Source: Bispira polyomma | Lineage: Eukaryota | DNA length: 64,000 bases | Assembly: GCA_965649765.1 (NCBI GenBank) | Contig: OZ287758.1 | Coordinates: forward strand, 34,410,001 to 34,474,000 | Direction: 5' to 3' | Shown: piece by piece, positions 1 to 11,634 of the stretch | How positions within the stretch are numbered: position 1 is the stretch's first letter | Layout of the letters: each line of letters opens with the position of its first letter | Position numbers and translations under genes: made by a program | Notes under the pieces: model-generated | Database searches by the model: none | The model's input: the letters and a program-made list of their open reading frames with translations, nothing else | What the model was told of the DNA's origin: nothing

Positions 1-520
1 ATTAAATAAAGTAAATAGTAACTGAGGAAGTTTATAAGTAAAGTTAAGTAAAATAAATAGCGAATTCCAAGAACTCAGTAAATTAAATGATTACTTAAAA
101 GAACTCACTGACTACATCAATTGGTAACTTCTAGGAAGTCAGTAAGTAAATAATGACTTCTGGGATCTTTGGAAGTAAACTAAATAGTCAGTCCTAGGAA
201 GTCGGTCAGAAGACTATAAAATCTCAGGAAAGGGTTAATTAGTGCTCTGCATACCAGATAAAGGTAGATATATACACTGAGTATAAATCTGAATACAAAA
301 TACAAAGTCATTTTGTGGCATTATGTAAGTTATAAAACAACCCTTTTTATACAATCACTGAGTAACAAATTGTTACTTCTTGTAAATAAGTACTAAATTA
401 GTCATTTAAAAAATAGCTAGTCCTTTGTTAGTCAATTCTAGATAATAAACAATAAGTACTACATGAAATCTTTTAGGAAGACAGGTATCACTGAAATGGT
501 CACTTGTTGGCAGTCTGTAT

Positions 521-889
521 TAGTGGGAAAATTGTTTGTCAATATCGACATATTTATCGTTTGGGCTTTTGGGTGCCAATATTGACGTGTAATACAAACA
601 TATCAATGTTATAATTGACACATATTACACCTTGGTACAATATTTATACAACAATTTTATTATTATTTATAAGGTTAATAGCTGTTGATTAAATAATGAA
701 AGATGACCATTTTAAGCCCATTTTTACTTGTAAACATATTTAGCGGTTTGCACTTCCGGTTTCGTTCAGGCATATTTGTTTCATTTTGAAGAGACGTTCC
801 AGTTTCTTGGTATGTCCCGATATCAGCCGATATTGAATTAATTTTACATTTGATATCGATGTCCATCAACCTAAACGATGTACCCACTA
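521..889. mobile_element. hAT-type MITE, copy 1
   Basis: TAGTGGG..AT.GTTT / TAAACGAT.TACCCACTA terminal inverted repeats; degenerate 8-bp TSD GTCTGTAT/ATGTGTAT; homologous to 4362-4726. Confidence 0.75.
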
Positions 890-1079
890 ATGTGTATGTA
901 ATATGCTTTTACACTCATATTTAGTGGACTGTATATATTGTACAATTTTATTTTAAGAATTACTTTATTATTTAGGTCACTATAATGCATATATTGATTG
1001 TTGTTGTTGTTTTTCTGTAAGAGCAACATGTTGACTATAGATTTTTGTACATGTTGCATATGTATCTTTGTTTTATTAG

Positions 1080-1157
1080 GTACATAGACATCCTCACAAA
1101 GCACAAGCCTAAATTAGACTGGAACTCAGAATTTAAGGAACATGTGATGAAGTACAA
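1080..1157 (+). CDS. CHID1: Chitinase domain-containing protein 1, penultimate coding exon
   Basis: ttattag|G ... AA|gtgagt splice sites; encodes YIDILTKHKPKLDWNSEFKEHVMKYK; phase joins the 2637 exon; resembles the CHID1 C-terminal region. Confidence 0.85.
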
Positions 1158-1386
1158 GTGAGTTATTCATTGACTGTTCATTGATATATCTTTTGTTATT
1201 TCTGCCTAACCAGTTCTTTTTTTTTCATATGCGGGTAGCCATTTATCTGGTTTAGATAGAAAACTAGCACACTCGTTATGTTTACTTCACGTAAGCAAAG
1301 ACTGCGACCATAAGACCCCTCCAAAAATAGCAAATATATAAAACAAAACTTTATTTTAATGAAAATACAATCAGTTTAGATGGTGG

Positions 1387-1637
1387 GTTTGAATTTGGAT
1401 ATTTAACGTCCACCCTAGTACTTGTTTAGGTTATGTTGGGACGGGTAGTTGGAAATGCTGGAGGAAACACTGCATACAGTTGATCAAGGTTCTGCACTGA
1501 AACCAGCGGCCCACAGTAAGGAACTATCACCTTTTCCACATAGGCATCGACGGGATTCGAACTCACGCCACCCAGAGGTGAGAGACCAGTGATTGTGAAG
1601 CGCAATGCTTGCTAACCACTAGGCCACTGCGGCCCCT
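1387..1637 (-). mobile_element. tRNA-derived SINE, in the CHID1 intron
   Basis: Minus strand GGGGCCGCAGTGGCCTAGTGG (A box) and GTTCGAATCC (B box), (CAAATT)n tail, 14-bp TSD AGTTTAGATGGTGG at 1373 and 1638; copies at 40565 and 50731. Confidence 0.9.
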
Positions 1638-2636
1638 AGTTTAGATGGTGGCAAAGATATTTGGACTTGGTAATGCAGACCGCATACTTCGTGGAAAATA
1701 AACAATGTTTTTATCAGATAGTCTATTTATAAAACCTGTCTTTTTTTGTGAAACAATAAGAAGAAAGAAATTGATTTCATATAATGGTGAAATATTTTGG
1801 AAAACAATGAATCACATAAAAGATGAAAACACACCATTGTCATCAGGGACTTACTTGGTCTAGTCAAAGTGGTCACTTTGGTCCGTTTGACTGTAGATGT
1901 CCTGGAGGAATTTGACAGCGTAAACGAGGCTTGGATGACCAGACGGTCGTCTTGTGGTTCCGGTTCAAACCATAACTATTGGTACAAAATAAAATAAGTC
2001 TTCCATGTTGGTCTGATGATTAGAAGGTCTCTGGTTTGACTCTTTAGAACTCCTTTTAGCTCTATTGGTGATGGGATAATGATATCCTTTATACAAGATG
2101 TGAACATGGCATTACCTACTGATGTCGACCTAGGTTATGTTGCAGGACTATTCCTTTGATATAATGAGCATGTTAGAGAGGATGAAATATCAATGTGGCA
2201 GGATAATGATATCCTTGGACAACATGTGAACATAACTTTGCCTACTGATGTCGACCAAAATTAAGCTGTAGGACTACTCATTTTAGAGGATGATACACCA
2301 ATATGGCGTTATAGAAATACTAAGTTGTAGGTGTTATATCTTTTAGACAACAGGTGCCCTTAGACGATGCATTGTCATCAGTTTGCAGTTTGGTGCTTTC
2401 TGTTTTTTTTTAAATGTTTTAATTTTTTGCAAATATTTCTTATTTTTTGAATTTTTTTAAATTTTTTTTTGACAAATTCCTCATAAAAATTGCTTTTCCC
2501 GCCATTTTTGGCAGCCATCAAAATACATTTAACGTCACACAATGCCTCATTAGGACGCTTTGTTTTTGCTGTGCAAAAACACTTTCCTTTCATTTGCAAA
2601 GCAGTACTCTAGTTGTTGTTTGTTTCTATTTCACAG

Positions 2637-2778
2637 AATGGGTATAGGGAACCATGTAGTGTACTACCCCACCCTCCAGTCTCTCCATGACAGAATTCAG
2701 CTGGCCAAAGATCTGGGTACTGGTATCTCTATATGGGAAATTGGACAGGGACTAGATTACTTCTACGACTTATTATAA
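2637..2778 (+). CDS. CHID1: Chitinase domain-containing protein 1, last coding exon
   Basis: tttcacag acceptor; [41 protein letters not shown] is the characteristic CHID1 C-terminus; AATAAA signals near 2850 and 2882. Confidence 0.92.
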
Positions 2779-3636
2779 AAACTGGACATTGTATAGGAAT
2801 GATTGTATGGTTTAGGGCAGCTTTCAATTCTAATTACCGTAATCTCTGTAATAAACGCCTTTTATTTACTATAATTTCTGTAATAAATGAATCCGTAAAA
2901 AAGGCCTGGTGAAAAAAAAGACCTAGCGGAAAAAAGGCCTGGTGTGTTTTTTTTTACATTAAGAAAAACTTTAAACAGGTTTTACATCCAGAAGTGCATT
3001 ATAACTTTTTGTAATTAAGAGAACCCAAGTACATTTGAAAGGCTCTACCTTCTCTACCAATTCAATGGTGTTTCTTATACTATAAGGCGCCCTGCAGAGA
3101 AAACAGGGGTGAGCCCACCAACAAAGAGAGTAAGAAAGACCACCAAAAACTTACAGAAGCAGCTATCTTATTATATCTGGGGTCAAGCCAGAAGAAATGG
3201 GGGAAAAAGTCTGTTAAAGATTTTCAGCACCAGAGGCGGTATTCACAGAAGGGCTAACTCTAGAGATTGTCCAAAATCTAGCACAAAATGTTGGCTTTGC
3301 CTTTTTGTGAATACTGCCCAAGGCCTTTTTGCCAATTTTTTCAAAACAGAGCAGGCTTTTTTTCCACCAGGCATTTTTTCCGTGCTTATGTTGAGGTGTA
3401 AAATGGTGCTAAAAAATCACAGTACAGTAGAAAAACTACACTGACTGCCCATTCGCTCTTGTATTTTGATCAAGATTCACGTTATCACTTTTAAGGCTAT
3501 GCCCTTGGACTATACGATTTGATTATTGATTCTGCTATTGCGCTTTAGAAGATGCCTAGCATCAATAAAGCGCGTTAAAAATTCATAATAATAATAATAA
3601 TCGTAAGCATGTTTTGCTTCCAAATTCAGCAAGGTA

Positions 3637-4011
3637 CAGTAGAACCTTTATTATCCAAACTTATTTGGCGAGCAAGATTTTCTTTGTACAATAGAAGGTT
3701 TATAAAATGGAAGGAGCACTTTAGTAGTATAAAATAGTAGTAAACTATAAATTTGAGAGAGTGAAACTATGTTCTTAAAATTGAATATTTGAATACCAGA
3801 AGTTTGTATAATAAAGGTTCTACTCTACTTAACATACAGTACACTAGAAGCTCTATTATCTGACCATATTGGGAGAGTGAGAATTTATTTGGATAATAGA
3901 AGGTCCGTAAAATAGAAGGGGTATTTCAGTATGAAACAAAAGCAGAAAAACATTTGGAAGAGTGAAATTGAGTCTGTAAAATTTAATATTCGGATCATAG
4001 AGGTTCTACTG
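3637..4011. mobile_element. Two adjacent Tc1/mariner-like MITEs (3637-3825, 3842-4011)
   Basis: TA-flanked CAGTAGAACCT..ATTATC / GATAATAGAGGTTCTACTG inverted termini; further copies at 6691-6889, 8581-8774 and about 48970-49090. Confidence 0.7.
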
Positions 4012-4361
4012 TACTACTGAACTGTCTGCAGAATCTCTTGATGCTTAACCATGGATAGGTCAATGTAGTTTCCATGCTGACCTGCATAATCATACAATTA
4101 TCTAACAGACAAGTCAGTATTTTTTTCATTTTTAACAACTGCCTGAAGAAGAGATGTGTGTAACAGTGTCTCATATTTTTGGTTTAAACATATTCTATTT
4201 ACAATGAGGCAACAATCGCAAAAATGCAATTATACAAAGCCTTCTTGCAATGAGATATTTACCAAATAAAGACAATAGATAAAAAACACTGACAAGAATG
4301 AATAATGATCATATTGTAGTAGAGTACCTGCTGGAATACTGGCATTTAATGATGTAAATAT

Positions 4362-4726
4362 TAGTGGGTAAATTGTTTATCAATATCGGCAATATTTATG
4401 GTTTGGGCTTTCGCGTGCCGATATTGATGTACAATAACCACACATCGATATCATAAATTACACTGACAACGTTTATTCAACCATTTTAATGATATTTTAT
4501 GGTTATTACCTTTTCAACAATAAATTATAACCATTTTATATCCATTTTTACTTGTAAACATATTTAGCGGTTCTCACTTCCGGTTTTATTCGGGCAGGTT
4601 TTTTTTTTTTATCGAGATACATTCCAGTTTGTTCTCATACTTTTTGCTACCTCCCGATATCGGCCGATATTGAAGTTATTTTAATTTTGATATCGATCTC
4701 CACCAACCTAAACGATTTAACCACTA
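4362..4726. mobile_element. hAT-type MITE, copy 2
   Basis: TIR TAGTGGGTAAATTGTTTA / TAAACGATTTAACCACTA with perfect 8-bp TSD GTAAATAT (4354-4361, 4727-4734). Confidence 0.85.
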
Positions 4727-5051
4727 GTAAATATATCTTTCAAAAGGGAAAGAAGGGCTATAAATAGGTAGGTGCTCTTTATTACAGAAAATACGGTATT
4801 TTAAATATTACAAATTGTCTAAAAGCATCCATTCCATGTTGTTGACATATTAATGTTTACAGGTCTTGATTATGCTGTTATTATTAGTGTTGTTTTTTCA
4901 TTTGTTAGATTTTAGTTGTGGAATTTACAAAAATAATGTCATTGTCAGTTTTTTTTTTTTTTTCTCTTGGAGAAAAAGTATATATAAAAAAGTAAGCAAT
5001 GACTATGATGTTACAGAATATATTATGTCTTATGATTTTAAAAACTAGTAA

Positions 5052-6688
5052 TTATTAAGCGTCCCTGGAAAAGGGCGCTTATTTGGTTTCACCCCTGGTT
5101 TCCTTGCCGCCGCCGCATGGTCTTCCTTGAATATCTCCTTCAATATTATCTGTATCAAAATTATTTTTGGCAGTTCTCTTAACCAGGAGTGGGAAATTTT
5201 TTTGATATTCTTGGCTTTGAACTTTGGCCTACTTAAATGTCAGGTGACCCTGGGGGTGTAAAAGTGCTTGTCACTAGGTTTTCTCAAAATGTATTTATCA
5301 TAGCTTAATGAAAATTGGTATGTACCTTGGTAAGGCAATTTTCAGGACGGGAGACGCTGATGAGATTAATCAGATGATAATTGACCGATTGATTTTTATT
5401 GAAATGTGAAAAATCGGTTTTTGCTATCTCAGAAACTATTGGGATTTTGGCTTTTTCTTGGTATAAGTTATTCATCTACTTTTTGATTTTATGTATGATG
5501 TAAAAATCTCACAATTCTAAGTCCAGTACTCAATGAGTACTGAGTATTTCAAATGAGTATTTTGCTCTATTTTGCTCTATCTTGCACTTTTATCAACTTT
5601 TCTTTTGAAGTACTTGTCATAGTTCAATGAATGAATGGCATGCACATTGCAAATACCAAAGCATAGATGTCCGTAAATTTTTAGATCAATCTGGTGATAA
5701 TTGACTGATTGACAGGGTCGATCAATCATACAAAATGGGGAAAAAAATGTGTTGATGGGTGCTTTTTTGAGCGTGTGAGGATTTTTTTTTATTTTTAATT
5801 TTAGACCAGCACATGCAGCGCATAACTTTTAAAGAATAGCCTGAATTTTTATTTGTTTTTTACCCCATCCAAAAATATGCGATCCTTACTGATATAAAAC
5901 GATTTTAATTTCAAAAATTTTAAAAATTAAGGTTTTTTTTTTAAATGTCCGTTATCTCTGAAACGGTGCTAGATAGAGCGTTTTCGAGCTCATTTTCGAC
6001 CCACAAGGTTGATTTTGCTTATACATAAACTTTTAAAAAATTTTCAATTTTGGCGGCCATCTTGAATTTCTGCGTCTTTTTCGAAAATGTCAGTTATCTC
6101 GGAAACGGTGCTAGATAGAGCGATTTTGAGCTCATTTTCGATCCACAGGGTTGATTTTACTTATATGTAATCTTTCAAAAAAATTTTCATTTTGGCGGCC
6201 ATCTTGAATTTCTGGGACTTTTTCGAAAATGTCATTTATCTTGGAAACGGTGCTAGATAGACCGATTTCGAGCTCATTTTCAATCCATAGGGTTGATTTT
6301 GCTTATATTTAAACTTTTAAAAAAATGTTACATTTTGGCGGCCATCTTGAATTTCTGTGTCTTTTTCGAAAATGTTCTTTATCTCAGAAATGGTGCTAGA
6401 TAGAGCGATTTCAAGCTCCTTTTCGACTCATAGGGCTGATTTTTCTTTTATGTAAATTTTTATAGTAATTTTTGATTTGGGCAACCATCTTCAATTTCTG
6501 CGTCTTTTTAGAAAACGTCTGTTATCTCGGAAATGGTGATCCTTTTCGAGCTTACATTGACCAAAAGTGCTGATTCTGCTTATATGTCAACTTTTAAACA
6601 ATATCAAACCTTGTACACTAAACAATTTCATTATTATTTCAACTTTAGGGACGCTTCGTTTTTGTTATCAAAAACCGTTTTCTAGTTT
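5052..6688 (+). mobile_element. Non-autonomous Helentron (HINE/DINE-like) element with internal satellite
   Basis: 5' subTIR AAGCGTCCCT (5057) with adjacent IR AGGGCGCTT, GCC microsatellite, 3' subTIR AGGGACGCTT (6647), 3' hairpin CGTTTTTG-TTAT-CAAAAACCG, ends CTAGTTT. Confidence 0.75.
5945..6595. repeat. Tandem repeat of about 142-143 bp, about 4.5 copies
   Basis: TTATCTC.GAAACGGTGCTAGATAGAGCG recurs at about 5951, 6093, 6236, 6378 and 6521. Confidence 0.9.
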
Positions 6689-7005
6689 TAAAGTAGAACC
6701 CCTATTATCTAAACATCTTGGAAGAGAAAAAAGTCTTGATAATAGAAAGTTCATAAAATAGGAAGATACTTTTTTATACAAAACAATAGGAAAAATTTTA
6801 ATTTTAGAGAAAGTTAAAGTGTAAGTGTGTTACAACATAAAATTAAATATATTTAAATAATAGAAGTTCAGATAATAGAGGTTCTACTGTAATAATCTAG
6901 TTCTACTGTTTTTGGTTTTTGTAAAGTTTAAGGTGCTAGTGTATGAGGGATTCTTTGTATTGTATGTTAATATATTATCTCCTGTAGACTACACACGTCT
7001 GGCGT

Positions 7006-7320
7006 CAAAGAGAAACTCTGTTACTTATAGTGATGATTAGGACACTTAAATTACACAAAGAGAAACTCTGTGTTACTTATAGTGATGATTAGGACACTTA
7101 AATTACATCAAAGAGAAACTTTGTGTTACTTATAGTGATGATTAGGACACTTAAATTACATCAAAGAGAAACTCTGTGTTACTTATAGTGATGATTAGGA
7201 CACTTAAATTACATCAAAGAGAAACTCTGTGTTACTTATAGTGATGATTAGGACACTTAAATTACATCAAAGAGAAACTCTGTGTTACTTATAGTGATGA
7301 TTAGGACTCTTAAATTACAT
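7006..7320. repeat. 53-bp minisatellite, 6 copies
   Basis: CAAAGAGAAACTCTGTGTTACTTATAGTGATGATTAGGACACTTAAATTACAT, nearly perfect tandem copies. Confidence 0.95.
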
Positions 7321-7439
7321 CCCTTTTCAAAAACAAGTAATTGTATAGTAAACAGGGTTTTGTATCTGTTGTGGTTTGTATATCTTTCTTTTCAGCAGGT
7401 GCCATAAATTGATAATATAAATAAAATAAAACTACCTAT

Positions 7440-7933
7440 GCAGGGTAATTTTTCATCAGGGTGGTCGCTCAGATGTCACTCCTTACCGCAAAAAAGACAC
7501 TGGCTGCCCAGTCACTTACAAATTTTGTTTAAAATGTACGATACCACTTTTAAAGCTGTAGTTTTTCACCCAACAGCCCTCCTACCTCGCTTCCTTCTCT
7601 CTTTCAGTAACCTGAAGTGAGGCAACGGACTCTTTCTTTGGTTAGACCCATCATGAAGGCAGGATTCAGAGCTTTCTTCATCGCAGCCCCCTATGTGTGG
7701 AACAGTCTCCCAGTTGACCACGGATCAGTAGATACACATTGGTTTTTAGGCAAAGGCTCCAAATCTATCTTTTTAACCTTGCATACCCACCTTAGTTTCC
7801 CTCCTGTACGTCCCCACATCTTTCCTTACAACCTTGCTATGCCCATTGACTTTATGATTGGATTACTGAGTCTGCTATTGAGCTTTAGAAGATGCTTAGC
7901 ATCAATAAAGAGTGTCAAAAATCCACAATAATT
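7440..7933 (+). mobile_element. Degenerate 3' fragment of an L2/CR1-group LINE
   Basis: HWLP...F.....P..WNSLP motifs; homologous to 57478-58140 and to a 3' UTR fragment at about 3450-3601. Confidence 0.75.
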
Positions 7934-9075
7934 AAAGTAATCATGTTGATAATTCTTTGACACCAGCTGTGAACGTTCCGTCTTCTAGAAACCTGAAAAT
8001 TTTGTTTAAAAGTATGATGTTTAATACGTGTCAACAACTTGTTTTAAGAATATATAGATAAAGGAATAATAAGTCAAGTCAGGATTACATTTCGTTCTTC
8101 AGTCATAAGCTTTTACGTTTACCACAACACTGCTTTAGGAAAAGAATTTTGAAAGAAAATAGGTTAAATTTTTTTAAAAATATCGAAGGAAAGTTTTTAA
8201 AAAGCAACTTCATGTATTGGTCATTCTTGTTAGAGAAGATATTTTTGTATTCACCGTTTCCAATAGTTATAGAATGCAGATTTTTTTGTGAATGTTATTT
8301 TAATATTGTTTAAATTATGATGTTAGATTTGTTTATTTTTACAGTGTGCCTAATAGGTCAAGGTCAGTGTTTTTGTGAGGGGGTGTTAACTTTTGATAAA
8401 ATCTCTAAATCCAATCTATTACGTCTATACTGTAATTGTAATTAGACTTTTATTGCGCTTAATCTCCCCTTACCAAAGGGGACTCTAAGGCGCACCAGCA
8501 CAAAAGACAGTTATCCAATTTCCAAAATCAAGGGACAGAAAAAGGGTCAGCAACATAGAGCGCGCCGGGGGGAACGCGCCCTGTAGAACCTCGATTATCC
8601 GACCTTCTATTATCTAAATATTTTATTTTATGATCTCCCTTCAATTCTCTTAAATTTTTGTTTTATAAATTATAAATAGTATTATAGGGAAATGCTGCTT
8701 CTTTTATCTAAACCTTCTATTATCCAAACAAAATCTAGCTCTCTCAATATGTTCGGATAATAGAGGTTCTACTGTGTTAAGGACATTTGTGTGTGGAGGG
8801 ATATTATTTAAACAGCTGTTTGTAACTTGATACCTGTATATATAGGAAGAATTGACAGCATATTATTAAAGATTAAATAGATATTTTTCCTAAAAGTTAG
8901 TATTAATTTTGAAATTTACAGTTCTAGACACTGGTTTTTATTACTATATATAGTTCAATGTAGTGTCTTCCATGTATTAAAAACCTCCAATGAAGATATA
9001 AACTTAAAAATTATAACATTAGGTGTGAGTTGTGACAATTCATTTTAATGGAGTTTTCAGATTGTGAGGATCGCC

Positions 9076-11316
9076 CTACTCCCCAACCCAAAGACCCCAC
9101 GACTTTTCCTTGTTCAATTTAGCCCCAGACGCAAAACCATAAAGCTCACATATATTCAAAATTTTAACAACCGACAACAAATTCATAATTACAAAAGTAC
9201 AGTCATCCGCATATTGACTAATCCTGCACTCAACTTTACTCCCCAGAATCTTAAAACCTGTGATATGAGTATCCCCTCTAATGACATTTGCAAATGGTTC
9301 TATACATAATACATATAACAAAGGTGATAAACTGCAACCTTGCCTAACACTTCTAGTAACATCAAAAGCTTCTGTGAAAAACCCATTAACTAAAACTGTA
9401 CTTTTAATACCAAAATATAACAAATTTACCCACTTAATAATTTCCGGACCAAACCCAAATTTCTGTAAAACTTTAAACATAAAATTATGATCCACCCTGT
9501 CGAAAGCCTTTGATTGATCTAAAGATAACATTATACATTTAATATTCTTCTGCCCAGAGTAATTTAAAATATTTCTTAGTAAATGAACATTATCTTGAAC
9601 TGACCTCCCCACAACTGCTGATGTCTGATCAATATTAACAATACTCCCCATTACCCTTTTAAACCTATTTGTCAAACATTTACTAATTATTTTGTAGTCA
9701 CAGCATAATAATGAAATCGGTCTCCAATAACTTAATAAATCAGCCTTTTCAGAATTTTTACACACTAAAGTAATTATTCCCAATTTTTGAGTATCAGATA
9801 AAGTTCCCTCTTCATAACATGTATTGGCCATATTTACAAAATAATCCCCTAAAATATCCCAATTTACTTCATAAAACTCCTTTGGCAATCCATCAAACCC
9901 AGGTGACTTTCCATTTTTCATATATTTTAAAGCCTCATAACACTCAAATTTGGACAAACTACCTTCACATTTCACCCTATCGACATCAGTTAAACTTGGT
10001 AAATCTTTTAGGAAATAATCTATTAAATTTTGATCAATTTCTTCTTTTGTAAATAAATCTTTATAAAATTGTCTAACATGTTTTAAAATATCTTCCCTCT
10101 GAGTGACAAAATTACCATCCCCAACATCAAGTTTCTCTATAAGTTTCTTTTCAGCTCTTTTATTTTCCAAATGCAGAAAATACTTGGAGGGCTTTTCATC
10201 ATTTTCCAGACCTTTAACTTTTGACCTTACCTTTGACCCCTCCTGGTAAGAATTTAACAAATTATTAGTTTCAATTTCAACCCTTTTAACATCTTTATCA
10301 TACTTATTAGAATTCATTCTAGATAAATTTCGAAATTTAAAAAATTCTTTTTGCAAATCTTTATATTTGGATCTGAAAACCTGATTTAACCTCTTAGAAT
10401 GTGCCACAATTATTATTTTACATTTTACTTTAAAGCTATCCCACAATTCCGGCATAACTCTAACTACACCCTTAAATTCACTTTCACAAAGATCTTTTAA
10501 GTCCAATCTTAAATCAATATCATTTAAAATAGAAGTGTTACATTTCCAATACCCTGGCCCCAAAACTTCTGAAAACCCATTTAAATCAAAACACACCTTA
10601 ACAATACTGTGATCAGAAATACTAAAAGGAACAGAAATGTGTGAAGTTGAAACAACAGATTTTAACAGCTTTCTTGACACATAGACCCTATCCAACCTAC
10701 ATAACACCTTTCTCCCCCCACCATTCCCCTCCCAAGTAAATTCCCTTTGTCCTTTGTGTAAATGTCTAAAACAATCTGTCAAGCCAAATTCACGCCTCAA
10801 TTGTGAAAATTCCTCCTTACCAATATCCCCAACTTCCATATTACCTCCTTTCTTATCCAAAGAAATACTTTCCACAAAATTAAAGTCACCACCCAATATT
10901 ACAAACTTTTTAGTCACCAAAAACCCTGACAAATTAATAAAATCCCTTCTTTCTGACGCATTATTAGGCAAATAAACATTAATCAATCTGTACTCAATCC
11001 CATTTATTTCCACATCTAAAATGAAATACCTCCCCTGAAAATCAAAATCAAAATTTAAGATTTTATATTTAAGATTAGACCCTAACAAAATCCCTACACC
11101 ACTTGAATGTCTATCCCCAAAAGACCAGAAACCTTTACCCCTATAACAACAAGCCCAATTTCTACCCTCTGAAATATTGACACAATGGGTCTCTTGAACA
11201 AACACAATATCCAAATCTTCTAAATTTACAATATTGAACACATTAAACCGCTTATCAGAACTTCTAAACCCCCTTACATTTAAAGACCCTACCCTCAGAT
11301 TAGTATTAAAACCCAT
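9076..11316 (-). CDS. ORF2 family A: AP endonuclease plus reverse transcriptase (C-terminus missing)
   Basis: SLNVRG, QETH, GGDFN, RLDR, SDH (APE); KSPGFDGLP, WRPISLL, LDQSKAFD, RQGCSLSP, QYADD (RT). Confidence 0.93.
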   Translation of the reverse strand: MGFNTNLRVGSLNVRGFRSSDKRFNVFNIVNLEDLDIVFVQETHCVNISEGRNWACCYRGKGFWSFGDRHSSGVGILLGSNLKYKILNFDFDFQGRYFILDVEINGIEYRLINVYLPNNASERRDFINLSGFLVTKKFVILGGDFNFVESISLDKKGGNMEVGDIGKEEFSQLRREFGLTDCFRHLHKGQREFTWEGNGGGRKVLCRLDRVYVSRKLLKSVVSTSHISVPFSISDHSIVKVCFDLNGFSEVLGPGYWKCNTSILNDIDLRLDLKDLCESEFKGVVRVMPELWDSFKVKCKIIIVAHSKRLNQVFRSKYKDLQKEFFKFRNLSRMNSNKYDKDVKRVEIETNNLLNSYQEGSKVRSKVKGLENDEKPSKYFLHLENKRAEKKLIEKLDVGDGNFVTQREDILKHVRQFYKDLFTKEEIDQNLIDYFLKDLPSLTDVDRVKCEGSLSKFECYEALKYMKNGKSPGFDGLPKEFYEVNWDILGDYFVNMANTCYEEGTLSDTQKLGIITLVCKNSEKADLLSYWRPISLLCCDYKIISKCLTNRFKRVMGSIVNIDQTSAVVGRSVQDNVHLLRNILNYSGQKNIKCIMLSLDQSKAFDRVDHNFMFKVLQKFGFGPEIIKWVNLLYFGIKSTVLVNGFFTEAFDVTRSVRQGCSLSPLLYVLCIEPFANVIRGDTHITGFKILGSKVECRISQYADDCTFVIMNLLSVVKILNICELYGFASGAKLNKEKSWGLWVGE

Positions 11317-11634
11317 AATTACATATATAAAAGAACTTTACAATATTAACTAAAAATAGCGTAAAAAAGTCATACTTCTATATAAATCTAAATACAAATC
11401 CTAATACATGCATTTACTCCTATACATATACAAACATATATATATACAAATATATACATATTAAAAAAGAACTGATCTGATCACAAAATACAATATCCAT
11501 CACTGTAAAAAACCAAAACAACATGTCCAAAACACAAGTCCAAAAAATCATAATCCAACTCCGTAAGCCAGGTCACATCCATCTGTTCTGTCCATGCCGT
11601 ATCCAATCTGACCATCAAAACACCACATCAGTTC

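Noticed and set aside
1550-1637. tRNA gene
   Set aside because: A/B boxes belong to a multi-copy SINE with tail and TSD; no proper cloverleaf
7006-7320. Regular repeats resembling a CRISPR array
   Set aside because: No unique spacers; plain 53-bp minisatellite in eukaryotic DNA
11581-11589. AGAACAGAT in the family A spacer complementary to U2 nt 39-47
   Set aside because: Only 9 nt and not preserved in B or C; compatible with chance
11481-11615. 44-aa ORF MVRLDTAWTEQMDVTW... apparently homologous to the 65-aa ORF at 24908-25105
   Set aside because: Substitutions in this frame are non-synonymous; the GYGMDRT frame explains the conservation better
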